Origin: a virus | Lineage: Duplodnaviria > Heunggongvirae > Uroviricota > Caudoviricetes | DNA length: 9,106 nucleotides | Virus record (IMG/VR): IMGVR_UViG_642979322_000006 | Direction: 5' to 3' (one strand) | Part shown: piece by piece, positions 1-6,475 of the stretch | How the letters are laid out: each line of letters begins with the position of its first letter | How positions within the stretch are numbered: position 1 is the first letter of the stretch | Notes under the pieces: generated by a model | Told to the model about the DNA's origin: nothing | The model's database searches: none | Seen by the model: only the letters and a program-made list of their open reading frames with translations | Position numbers and translations under genes: made by a program

Positions 1-173
1 TGTCAGTTATCATCTTCGGTTACGGTTATCGGCAGAACGCCCTGCCGCTGACAAGAGCTTATTTGCCTGACCAATCTACTCCACATGATAGATAACTATC
101 ATTTATAACATTTCATTGATTAGTCTTTATTTTTCACTGCGTTACAAATAACAACCCCGTCAAAAACAGCGAA

Positions 174-197
174 ATTAACTACACCATTAACTACACC
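174..197. repeat. Perfect tandem direct repeat, 2 x 12 bp (ATTAACTACACC)
   Basis: Read directly: 174-185 and 186-197 are identical. Confidence 0.85.
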
Positions 198-203
198 GTT
201 TCA

Positions 204-230
204 CGAACAATATCGAACAACCACGAACAA
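204..230. repeat. Three 10-bp-phased copies of CGAACAA
   Basis: CGAACAA at 204-210, 214-220 and 224-230, a related TCAACAC at 234-240. Helical phasing suggests protein-binding sites; function unknown. Confidence 0.7.
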
Positions 231-256
231 AGATCAACACGCTTTAACCGTTATCA

Positions 257-294
257 TTTTCCGGTTAAACGTTAATCAGGCTGGTGGGCTTTAC
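257..294. repeat. 38-bp perfect direct repeat, copy 1 (TTTTCCGGTTAAACGTTAATCAGGCTGGTGGGCTTTAC)
   Basis: Identical to 617-654. Copy 1 is preceded by an inverted repeat TTAACCG (245-251) / CGGTTAA (262-268). Confidence 0.9.
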
Positions 295-374
295 CTGTTC
301 GGTAGGTGTTATGATTATCGTAATACCCGTTAAAGGGGCCGAATACATCACCGGATTTAGGGGATGTTCCCTGC

Positions 375-413
375 CTCCTCAAATTGAGGATTGTGGAAGA
401 ATCAATGGGTTAG
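375..413. repeat. Imperfect internal repeat X1 (CTCCTCAAATTGAGG ... ATCAATGGGTTAG)
   Basis: Matches 483-521 in two conserved blocks (15 nt and 13 nt) around an 11-nt variable linker. Offset is exactly 108 bp. Contains a short hairpin CCTCA-AAT-TGAGG. Confidence 0.8.
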
Positions 414-482
414 TCTTACTTTCCCAACATCCCCCAATGGGGGTTTTCGAAACAATCAATAGCTTAGGCTTACTTCCCCGAT

Positions 483-521
483 CTCCTCAAATTGAGGTTG
501 CCGGAAATATCAATGGGTTAG
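483..521. repeat. Imperfect internal repeat X2
   Basis: Second copy of the 375-413 motif. Confidence 0.8.
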
Positions 522-575
522 GCCATAGTGCAATTTTGCACTCTGAAACAATATCAACCAGTTACCGCCGCATCC

Positions 576-597
576 CGATATGGGAATCCCCATATCG
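576..597. repeat. Hairpin H1 (9-bp stem CGATATGGG / CCCATATCG, 4-nt loop)
   Basis: Inverted repeat read directly. A related hairpin with similar flanks occurs at 692-717. Confidence 0.75.
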
Positions 598-616
598 AGA
601 TTGGATACCTGGCTTT

Positions 617-654
617 TTTTCCGGTTAAACGTTAATCAGGCTGGTGGGCTTTAC
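617..654. repeat. 38-bp perfect direct repeat, copy 2
   Basis: Identical to 257-294. Confidence 0.9.
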
Positions 655-691
655 ATACCCTTGATCACGGTAATGATGATTCAGGTGCTTA

Positions 692-717
692 CCCGATATG
701 GGGATCACCATATCGGG
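692..717. repeat. Hairpin H2 (10-bp stem CCCGATATGG / CCATATCGGG, 6-nt loop)
   Basis: Inverted repeat read directly; paralog of H1. Lies just downstream of the stop of the capsid-like gene on the minus strand but has no U-tract on either strand. Confidence 0.75.
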
Positions 718-733
718 ATAGATGCCGGAAAAA

Positions 734-1657
734 TCAGCTTTTCGCCAGAACGGTGACGGCCTTATCGAGTTTTTGCCATCCGCAATAGGTGATTGCCCTG
801 AACGCTGTAGCGTCATTCTGGAAAAGGCTAACCGCCCCTGATTCGGTTTTTATTACCGCCTCATCAGTTGGGGTTATAACCGTGGCTTCAACGTTAATAA
901 TCAGCTTTTGAGCGTCTATCAGCATCATGCGATCCGCCTGTTCGCTCACAATTACCGGTATTCTCAAAAGCTCTATCTGCCAGAACTCAGCATCAGTAAG
1001 CTGTAAAGCGTTTTCTACGGGCAAGATTAGCGACGACGTGGAAAGCGTGTTACCGTTCGCTATGTGCTTTTTGAAAAGCTCTATGAAGTTTTCGGCCTCA
1101 TCAGCACCATTAAGCACGCCCTCAGGGGATACGCCAGCCACCTCCTGATCACTGGAAAGAAATTTTTTATCTATTTCTTTCACCGATTCCGATGTGATCA
1201 AGTCTCTGATCGCTGAATTTGTACCAGGGGTGCTAAATTTGATTAGCTCGTTATTCAGCATCACAATAGCGCCAAGTTTGCACAGTTTTAGCGCGCTTTC
1301 GTTTACTTCTCCCTCTTTGACAGGGATTTCTTCGGCTTCTTTAAGCCATTTACTACCCTTGCCTGATATTGACTGCAATTTTGCGCCAAACGGAAGATTA
1401 AGCGCGCTGCTGATTAGCTTGCCTGGTACAGACTGCGAAAAAATATACTCGCCAAGCTCTCTTACTATCGGCTCTGCCACCAGCGACGGCATATTATCCG
1501 TAGTCATTCCGGCAACAATGGATTTTTCAAGAAATAACGATACTGCCGGATCATTTCTTTTCGTCATCTCTATAGCGTCAGCATGGCTAAATTTACACGA
1601 TGCCAGCACGCTGGCGGCGCGAACTGCTGGCACGCCTTTCATGTTTTTACAGATCAT
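734..1657 (-). CDS. HK97-fold major capsid protein homolog (Phage_capsid-like), 307 aa from the preferred start
   Basis: Long ORF (track 734..1666). AGGAGG at 1667-1672 is 9 nt from the ATG at 1657 and 0 nt from the ATG at 1666, so 1657 is preferred. C-terminal pattern LFQNDATAFRAITYCGW...AVTVL and mid-protein pattern ALKLCKLGAIVMLNNELIKF resemble conserved HK97-family capsid motifs by eye. Sits directly after terS. Confidence 0.6.
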   Translation of the reverse strand: MICKNMKGVPAVRAASVLASCKFSHADAIEMTKRNDPAVSLFLEKSIVAGMTTDNMPSLVAEPIVRELGEYIFSQSVPGKLISSALNLPFGAKLQSISGKGSKWLKEAEEIPVKEGEVNESALKLCKLGAIVMLNNELIKFSTPGTNSAIRDLITSESVKEIDKKFLSSDQEVAGVSPEGVLNGADEAENFIELFKKHIANGNTLSTSSLILPVENALQLTDAEFWQIELLRIPVIVSEQADRMMLIDAQKLIINVEATVITPTDEAVIKTESGAVSLFQNDATAFRAITYCGWQKLDKAVTVLAKS

Positions 1658-1808
1658 CTTCTTCATCCTCCTGGAAGCACGGGTTTAGTGTTTCGTGAAA
1701 ATATGGCATCAGAACAGCGGCGGCCTGTAACCGTATTTCGGTCGACTGCTGCTTGTCGTTCATGATTTCCGTGAGTACATCAATAGGGTCTGTGATGTAT
1801 TCGCTCAT
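1647..1808 (-). CDS. Small hypothetical protein (53 aa, acidic C-terminus), below the 60-aa track threshold
   Basis: Hand-translated: MSEYITDPIDVLTEIMNDKQQSTEIRLQAAAVLMPYFHETLNPCFQEDEEDDL. GAGG 8 nt upstream overlaps the terS stop; its own stop overlaps the start of the capsid-like gene. Could be spurious. Confidence 0.35.
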   Translation of the reverse strand: MSEYITDPIDVLTEIMNDKQQSTEIRLQAAAVLMPYFHETLNPCFQEDEEDDL

Positions 1809-1819
1809 AGTTCGCTACC

Positions 1820-2308
1820 TCAGTGTTTTAAGTCTGTTGGTGGCTTAGGGATGGGGAACCGATTTGAGTAGACACTAGCGGCATTGAGTTTTTTAACCTC
1901 TTTTTTCCCAATGCTGCCGATCTTGCGGTGGGTGAACTGGGCCAGCTTAAACGCGGCATCTAAAGCCAGTTTTGGATCTGTGTCCATGTTGTCAATCAGT
2001 ATCCTGCCCATTGCTTTGATGGGGTCGGGTAGGCCGTTATCCATCATCTCAATGGTGTTAATTGATGCCCGTTCCGGTGTAACTTTTTCGGTAACTTTCT
2101 TTGTAACTTTTTTCGGTTTTGTAACCTGAAAAGTTACATCAGAAGTTACAGCCTTAAGATACTTTTTCACCTCAGGATCGTTGGATAGCTGCCAGCCTTT
2201 AACCCTTGCGGTCTTTTCGCTGTATCCCGCATGTATAGCGGCTTCCGTGGGATTTGCGCCCCTTGATAACGCATCAGCAAACCGCTTTTTTTTGGTCGTT
2301 AATGCCAT
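1820..2308 (-). CDS. terS: Phage small terminase subunit (TerS, Terminase_2 / P27-like)
   Basis: N-terminal motif MALTTKKKRFADALSRGANPTEAAIHAGYSEKTARVKGWQLSNDPEVKKYL matches the HTH DNA-binding signature of small terminases. GAGG 8 nt upstream of ATG 2308. The track ORF extends to 2425 but that extension lacks an RBS and looks non-native. Confidence 0.8.
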   Translation of the reverse strand: MALTTKKKRFADALSRGANPTEAAIHAGYSEKTARVKGWQLSNDPEVKKYLKAVTSDVTFQVTKPKKVTKKVTEKVTPERASINTIEMMDNGLPDPIKAMGRILIDNMDTDPKLALDAAFKLAQFTHRKIGSIGKKEVKKLNAASVYSNRFPIPKPPTDLKH

Positions 2309-2437
2309 GCAAAAACCTCGTTTTGAGGGGGTGTAACTTTTCGTGTAACTTTTTTGAAAAGCAAAATTTTCTACGAATGAGACGGGGGGCGGTGTCCAGG
2401 GTGATCGACTTTCCGGCCGGAACACTCCCCCCCCATG

Positions 2438-2599
2438 TCATTGCTCACCGAGTAACGAGATCAGGCCTTCAACTTCATTACTCAGCTTGTTTATTCGTGT
2501 CTCAAGCTCTGCGATCTTTTCCATCAATGGCGCTATGGTGTCTCTTGTTTCCTCGCCAATGGCCTTAATGATGCTTGCCTCGCGTTCTGTGATAGCCAT
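2438..2599 (-). CDS. Small coiled-coil-like protein (53 aa), below track threshold
   Basis: Hand-translated: MAITEREASIIKAIGEETRDTIAPLMEKIAELETRINKLSNEVEGLISLLGEQ. AGGTGAGG 8 nt upstream of ATG 2599; tightly packed between the 64-aa ORF and terS. Confidence 0.5.
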   Translation of the reverse strand: MAITEREASIIKAIGEETRDTIAPLMEKIAELETRINKLSNEVEGLISLLGEQ

Positions 2600-2602
2600 T
2601 TG

Positions 2603-2797
2603 TTATGCCTCACCTGTTGCAATGCCCAGTCTTTCGCGTAACAGCACACGTGCAAGATGACCTATTGTTGGCGTGGCGGCTCTGCCGTATATACCAGCTT
2701 CATTCATCCGGCGAATAACATCGAATTGAAGTTTTTTAAGCTCGTTTAGGATCTCGTGATCAATCATCACGGTAGCGCTTTGCTTTATCTCTTCCAC
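2603..2797 (-). CDS. Small hypothetical protein (64 aa), GTG start
   Basis: ORF from track. Start codon is GTG at 2797 with AGGAGG (2805-2810) 7 nt upstream; internal ATG at codon 11 is an alternative. Possibly a small DNA-binding protein; no family assigned. Confidence 0.55.
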   Translation of the reverse strand: MEEIKQSATVMIDHEILNELKKLQFDVIRRMNEAGIYGRAATPTIGHLARVLLRERLGIATGEA

Positions 2798-2845
2798 TTT
2801 GTTTCCTCCTGATGCTTATCATCTAATAATCAGTATTTTCGATAG

Positions 2846-2860
2846 ATTATAATCAATCAA
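2846..2860 (-). promoter_or_regulatory. Putative promoter of the packaging module (perfect -10 TATAAT, no good -35)
   Basis: Minus strand reads TTGATTGATTATAATC; TATAAT corresponds to plus 2846-2851. At 17-18 bp spacing the -35 hexamer is only ATCTTA/TATCTT, suggesting activator dependence. Confidence 0.35.
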
Positions 2861-2884
2861 CCATTTTTTAAGATATGCGAGATC

Positions 2885-2909
2885 GAAAAAAAGCCGGATT
2901 GCTCCGGCT
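2885..2909 (-). terminator. Rho-independent terminator (minus strand)
   Basis: 7-bp stem AGCCGGA / TCCGGCT with 4-nt loop, followed on the minus strand by a U-run (plus-strand A-run 2886-2891), 19 bp downstream of the 83-aa ORF stop. Confidence 0.6.
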
Positions 2910-2927
2910 ATGTGTTCACTACTTCGG

Positions 2928-3179
2928 TTATTCTCCAGCGCTTTTAACGTTGATGGTTGTTACCTGTTCCGCTTCGGCAATCTCCCGTTCTGTCAGCGTG
3001 GCAAAGTTTGCAGCTGCCGTTGTCATGAATGCGCTTATCAGTTCGGGATTCTCCTTCGCGTATCCTTCCCGTGTGTGGCGGTCGATGATTTTTATCGCCA
3101 CCCTCAGCCAGTGCTCTGTAAGGTCAATGGCGCGGTTATGTGGTTTCTTCTGATTGTTCAATTTTCCTGATGTGTGCAT
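2928..3179 (-). CDS. Hypothetical protein (83 aa)
   Basis: ORF from track, ATG at 3179, followed by the terminator. Only a weak, distant SD (GAGGGT about 12 nt upstream). Preferred over the overlapping plus-strand ORFs 2875..3153 and 2910..3170 on operon context and protein-like composition. Confidence 0.5.
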   Translation of the reverse strand: MHTSGKLNNQKKPHNRAIDLTEHWLRVAIKIIDRHTREGYAKENPELISAFMTTAAANFATLTEREIAEAEQVTTINVKSAGE

Positions 3180-3227
3180 TTTTATTTTTACCCTCGTGTT
3201 TAAAAAGTTTTAGGTTGTGGTGCACCT

Positions 3228-3452
3228 CCTCTACCTCTCTACCCAATCATCTTTCAGGTCAGTAATGGCGCGGCTTTCAGATGGGTAGAGGGCTTTCGTG
3301 GCCCTCTACCCATCCTCTACCCGCCCCTCACAAACGACCTTAATCATGGTGGAGGGTGTAGAGGGCTTTTATTTGCCTTCTACCTGCCCCTCTACCCACT
3401 TATCATATTGAATAATGTATATTTATTTTCTTTAGGTAGAAGAGGTAGAGGG
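3228..3452. repeat. Iteron array: putative replication origin
   Basis: About 10 copies of CTCTACC / GGTAGAG (extended GGGTAGAGGGCTTT) in both orientations: direct at 3229-3235, 3237-3243, 3304-3310, 3315-3321, 3378-3384 (1 mismatch), 3390-3396; inverted at 3284-3290, 3357-3363 (1 mismatch), 3435-3441 (1 mismatch), 3444-3450. AT-rich stretch at 3401-3434. Immediately 3' of the primase/helicase gene. Confidence 0.7.
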
Positions 3453-3465
3453 CTTTTGTCTAAAA

Positions 3466-5220
3466 TTATAAAAACGCGTCGCAATCATCAGTTGTAATTG
3501 CGTTGGTCTGCGTTACTCCCTTAACTCTCCGCGTAATATATTCATGTCCGTAAACTTTTGCCGCTGGCTTCATGGCCTTGCTGAACTCAGCCACGTTTAG
3601 CGGCTTGCTTCTTCCTGCGTATGCCATAAACGCCAGATAGACGCGGTAAAGGCTGTTTCTGGTCGTGTACTTCACGGAATCGCCACCGCCACCCATCATC
3701 AGGCCGCGTGCTTCCTCCAGAAAATTCAGGAACTGGCAAAACTCAATAACCGGATCTGTCTGTTGCTTTATCGCCAGTGCTTCATCACCATCGCGCTGTT
3801 CCAGGAGTAAAGCCCGTGCCTTTTCAGGGTCGGCAAAATTAGCCAGCAAGCGGCGGATAATTACGGGGATTTCTGCCGCTATCTTTTCCGGTAATTCCTT
3901 GTCTTTTTCGTCCTCCCTTACAATGTTGTCGAACCGGAAAATCACCCGACGGCGTGACACACCTCCGGCCCGCTCGGTGAATATCATCGGGTTGTTGTTG
4001 GTCGCCAGTACCACCGCCCTTATTACCGTCGTGAATCGCTTCTCATATTTCGGGTTAATTTCGACGGGGTCGCCGCCCGTGATTTTCTTGATGCCCGTTC
4101 CTTCGCCTGTATATTTCGGTTGGTCAGCCAGGACGATAAGACGACTCCCGACAACCTGCGCACGTCCACCAGCATCATCAAGCGATGTCATTTCAGCGCT
4201 TACCGTGTTCTGTTTCCCTGCCAGAAGGCTGGCTATGTGCGTGAATGTACTTTTACCGCTACCGCCGTCTCCGGTGGCCTCAATAAACATCTGCCAGTCG
4301 TACCGGTTCGCCATAATCATGTACAGCGCGGCACATATACGCATCATCTTGCGCGGGTCTTTTCCGGCTGCGTGATCAAGCCATTTGTGAAAGTTTGGCG
4401 CGTTGTCGCGAATGTTCTCCCCAGGTGCTGGTGGCGTGTACTCAATGCCGTTGTGCGTGGTGATCCAGTTCTCCGGCGTGTGCGGGGAAAATTCCCCCGT
4501 TTTCAGGTCAAGCGCACCATTGGCGAACGGCAGCAAATCGCCGGACGGCTCCCCCATTGGTTCGGCAATAACTTTTAACGCTTCAACGGCGTTATTGATC
4601 ACGCGTTTGCTGAAAGTGGCCCTGTGCTCTGAATAGATCGCCACCATTTCGCGGCTAAGTTCCATTGTGCTGACCGGACACCATAACCCGCAGCGCCATA
4701 CGTGAACGATTTCACTTTCAGGATGTACGCAAACGCCATCAAAGCGATCGGAAAGCAGCTGAGCGCGTTCACTGTCCGCCATCTGCGAAAGTTGCGCCTT
4801 TTGCTTTACCGGAAGCTCAACGACCAGACCTTCAGAAAGATTCTGGCGCTCACGGGCAAGATATTCGCGCCAGTTCTCCACCTTCTGACCGTGCATTCCT
4901 TCGGGGTAAAAATTTGCATCCTGTACACCTGCCGCCGCCAGCTTCTGACCAATCGCCTTTATCATTACTGGCGCAAGATATCCGGCCCTGAATATGCGTA
5001 CTGATTTTCGGCCTTCCGGCACAATTTGCAGCTTATCCAGTTCGGATAACTGCTGATCCCCAAGCCACACAGGAGGCTCATTATCTCTGGCTATACGCGC
5101 GTCATGTTCCTGCCACTGTTTTGCATGTGCCCACGCATCACTACCCGCGAAAATAATTACCTCTGTGTCTTTGTGTTTTATTCCGCGTGGTTGTTTTTTT
5201 AAGTTCGGTGCGCTTTTCAT
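3466..5220 (-). CDS. Replication primase/helicase, P4-alpha-like (primase domain plus SF3/D5-type NTPase)
   Basis: 584-aa ORF. Walker A GDGGSGKST (around plus 4240-4270) and Walker B-like RLIVLAD. GAGG 6 nt upstream of ATG 5220. Start overlaps the upstream gene's stop as ATGA. Confidence 0.9.
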   Translation of the reverse strand: MKSAPNLKKQPRGIKHKDTEVIIFAGSDAWAHAKQWQEHDARIARDNEPPVWLGDQQLSELDKLQIVPEGRKSVRIFRAGYLAPVMIKAIGQKLAAAGVQDANFYPEGMHGQKVENWREYLARERQNLSEGLVVELPVKQKAQLSQMADSERAQLLSDRFDGVCVHPESEIVHVWRCGLWCPVSTMELSREMVAIYSEHRATFSKRVINNAVEALKVIAEPMGEPSGDLLPFANGALDLKTGEFSPHTPENWITTHNGIEYTPPAPGENIRDNAPNFHKWLDHAAGKDPRKMMRICAALYMIMANRYDWQMFIEATGDGGSGKSTFTHIASLLAGKQNTVSAEMTSLDDAGGRAQVVGSRLIVLADQPKYTGEGTGIKKITGGDPVEINPKYEKRFTTVIRAVVLATNNNPMIFTERAGGVSRRRVIFRFDNIVREDEKDKELPEKIAAEIPVIIRRLLANFADPEKARALLLEQRDGDEALAIKQQTDPVIEFCQFLNFLEEARGLMMGGGGDSVKYTTRNSLYRVYLAFMAYAGRSKPLNVAEFSKAMKPAAKVYGHEYITRRVKGVTQTNAITTDDCDAFL

Positions 5221-5516
5221 TTCTTGCCTCTGAATCCGTTAATCATGTTTTTCATCTTCTGAATATTGGCGCGTGCTTTCTCCCTGCTGGTGGGCACGTT
5301 ACGCGGTACAGCCTGCACCAGAGAAAAATCACGGTCGAACTGATAAACAGGAATCACGCAATCATATTCGTAGCCTTCACGGCGGTAAGTTACGCGCCGT
5401 TCCTCCACGCCCTTAATCATTACCGTGCCGCCGTACTGGTCGCGGTAAATATCCCCGCGCATAAATTCAGGTTGAGCTTTGCCACTGGCAGTTAAGCCAG
5501 AATATTTAAGTTTCAT
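5217..5516 (-). CDS. Hypothetical protein (99 aa), translationally coupled to the primase
   Basis: ORF from track; ATG 5516 with GGAG about 9 nt upstream; stop TGA overlaps the primase ATG. Confidence 0.6.
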   Translation of the reverse strand: MKLKYSGLTASGKAQPEFMRGDIYRDQYGGTVMIKGVEERRVTYRREGYEYDCVIPVYQFDRDFSLVQAVPRNVPTSREKARANIQKMKNMINGFRGKK

Positions 5517-5521
5517 TATTT

Positions 5522-5782
5522 TTATTCTCCGATAGCGTGACCTGATAAGCCGTTAATCTTCTCTGATATGCTCTCTATTTTGCTGGTGGAAATATTCAGT
5601 AATTCAGAAATGGCAAAGGTTAATCTTGTCGTTGACTCGTCACGCTCGCAATTTGTCAGCGATTCAAACCAGACGTTAATAATCTCACTTACGGCATTGT
5701 TGTAAGATATTGCGCTTTGTGTGAGTTCATTCAATTCGCAAATTACGCGTTTGTTATTGTTCATAGCGTTTAAATCTCTCAT
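5522..5782 (-). CDS. Hypothetical acidic helical protein (about 86 aa)
   Basis: Track ORF 5522..5785 begins at TTG; first ATG is at 5782, another at 5764. Start uncertain; overlaps the 3' end of the upstream ORF. Confidence 0.45.
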   Translation of the reverse strand: MRDLNAMNNNKRVICELNELTQSAISYNNAVSEIINVWFESLTNCERDESTTRLTFAISELLNISTSKIESISEKINGLSGHAIGE

Positions 5783-5945
5783 CAATTAACCACAGCGCAA
5801 CACTTCCAGAAAGTTTTGCCAGAAGGCCAGCTAATGCGGATATATCGTCATCCGTAAGTTTGTCAGGGTATACCTCAAGAAGGCGGCAAATGATTTCAAC
5901 CTGCTGCGCTCTTTCCGCAATTTCGTTTAATGTAAACTCCTGCAT
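5754..5945 (-). CDS. Hypothetical acidic protein (63 aa)
   Basis: ORF from track; ATG 5945 with GAGGAG 7 nt upstream; 3 nt after the stop of the upstream ORF. Confidence 0.5.
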   Translation of the reverse strand: MQEFTLNEIAERAQQVEIICRLLEVYPDKLTDDDISALAGLLAKLSGSVALWLIDERFKRYEQ

Positions 5946-5948
5946 TAA

Positions 5949-6134
5949 TTACTCCTCATCCTGAATACATGTCACTGTGTGGATAATTACGCCGGATAAA
6001 CCGGCTTTAGCTGATTTGTTAATTACTGTGCTGATTGCAGCCTGGACGTTTTCGGCCTTCACGTTCTGCGTGATGCCAACGGTATAGCCGCGCTTGTTAA
6101 CAGCACGGGAAAAAACGCGGAAGGTTTTAAGCAC
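5949..6134 (-). CDS. Hypothetical protein (61 aa), GTG start
   Basis: ORF from track; start codon is GTG (plus 6132-6134 CAC), no internal Met. Overlaps the upstream ORF by 8 nt. Coding status uncertain. Confidence 0.4.
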   Translation of the reverse strand: MLKTFRVFSRAVNKRGYTVGITQNVKAENVQAAISTVINKSAKAGLSGVIIHTVTCIQDEE

Positions 6135-6330
6135 GGCACACCCCCTGACGAATACGGGCCGCGAATACCATCACGCAGCCAACTGGGGATTGCTGGCGTG
6201 CTTCCTGTTCGCTGGTGGCCTCGATGGTAATCACGCGCGGCTGTGCCGTGCTCAGGGCGATAAAACGCCAGATGTATTTATTCAGGTTGTGCGAGTCCCG
6301 CCCTTGCGGGTGTGTGGTATGATTTAACAT
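6127..6330 (-). CDS. Hypothetical protein (67 aa), first gene of the replication-side operon
   Basis: Internal ATG at 6330 of the track's 219-aa frame, with GAGGT 5 nt upstream. The longer frame is rejected because it would cross the divergent control region and the plus-strand RHH gene. Confidence 0.4.
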   Translation of the reverse strand: MLNHTTHPQGRDSHNLNKYIWRFIALSTAQPRVITIEATSEQEARQQSPVGCVMVFAARIRQGVCRA

Positions 6331-6430
6331 AGCTACCTCGATACTGTTGCTATCGTTGGTTGTTAGACGCCCTGCGAGTGTTCCACCACTGCGGGGCTTC
6401 GCTGTATTTAATGGTTGCGTATCTTCAATA

Positions 6431-6475
6431 TGGTACGTACCATTGGGTTTCAGTTTATAATGGTGGTACGTACCA
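6431..6475. promoter_or_regulatory. Twin 12-bp perfect palindromes TGGTACGTACCA (putative operators) flanking a TATAAT -10
   Basis: Palindromes at 6431-6442 (extends to a 14-bp palindrome at 6430-6443) and 6464-6475, centres 33 bp apart. TATAAT at 6456-6461. The second palindrome abuts the ATG at 6476. Lies in the divergent region between the RHH-like gene and the replication operon. Confidence 0.55.

Noticed and set aside
30-47. Hairpin CGGCAG / CTGCCG near the window start, considered as a terminator of an upstream gene
   Set aside because: No adjacent U-tract on either strand and no gene in view; too weak to call.
625-816. 63-aa minus-strand ORF 625..816
   Set aside because: Overlaps the 3' end of the capsid-like gene and extends into the hairpin and direct-repeat region; no RBS; likely spurious.
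927-1765. Plus-strand ORFs 927..1148, 1194..1688 and 1583..1765
   Set aside because: Antisense to the long capsid-like gene, serine/leucine-rich low-complexity translations, no RBS support.
1884-2568. Plus-strand ORFs 1884..2129 and 2254..2568, and the N-terminal extension of terS to 2425
   Set aside because: Antisense to terS and the 53-aa gene. The extension has no RBS, whereas the ATG at 2308 has GAGG at proper spacing and begins the conserved TerS N-terminus.
2875-3170. Plus-strand ORFs 2875..3153 and 2910..3170
   Set aside because: Hydrophobic, Cys-rich, unprotein-like translations; the minus-strand 83-aa frame fits operon direction and is followed by a terminator.
3665-5495. Plus-strand ORFs inside the primase gene and its upstream neighbour (3665..4375, 4120..4578, 4403..4636, 4702..5004, 5187..5495)
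   Set aside because: Antisense shadow ORFs of a confidently identified primase/helicase gene and the coupled 99-aa ORF.
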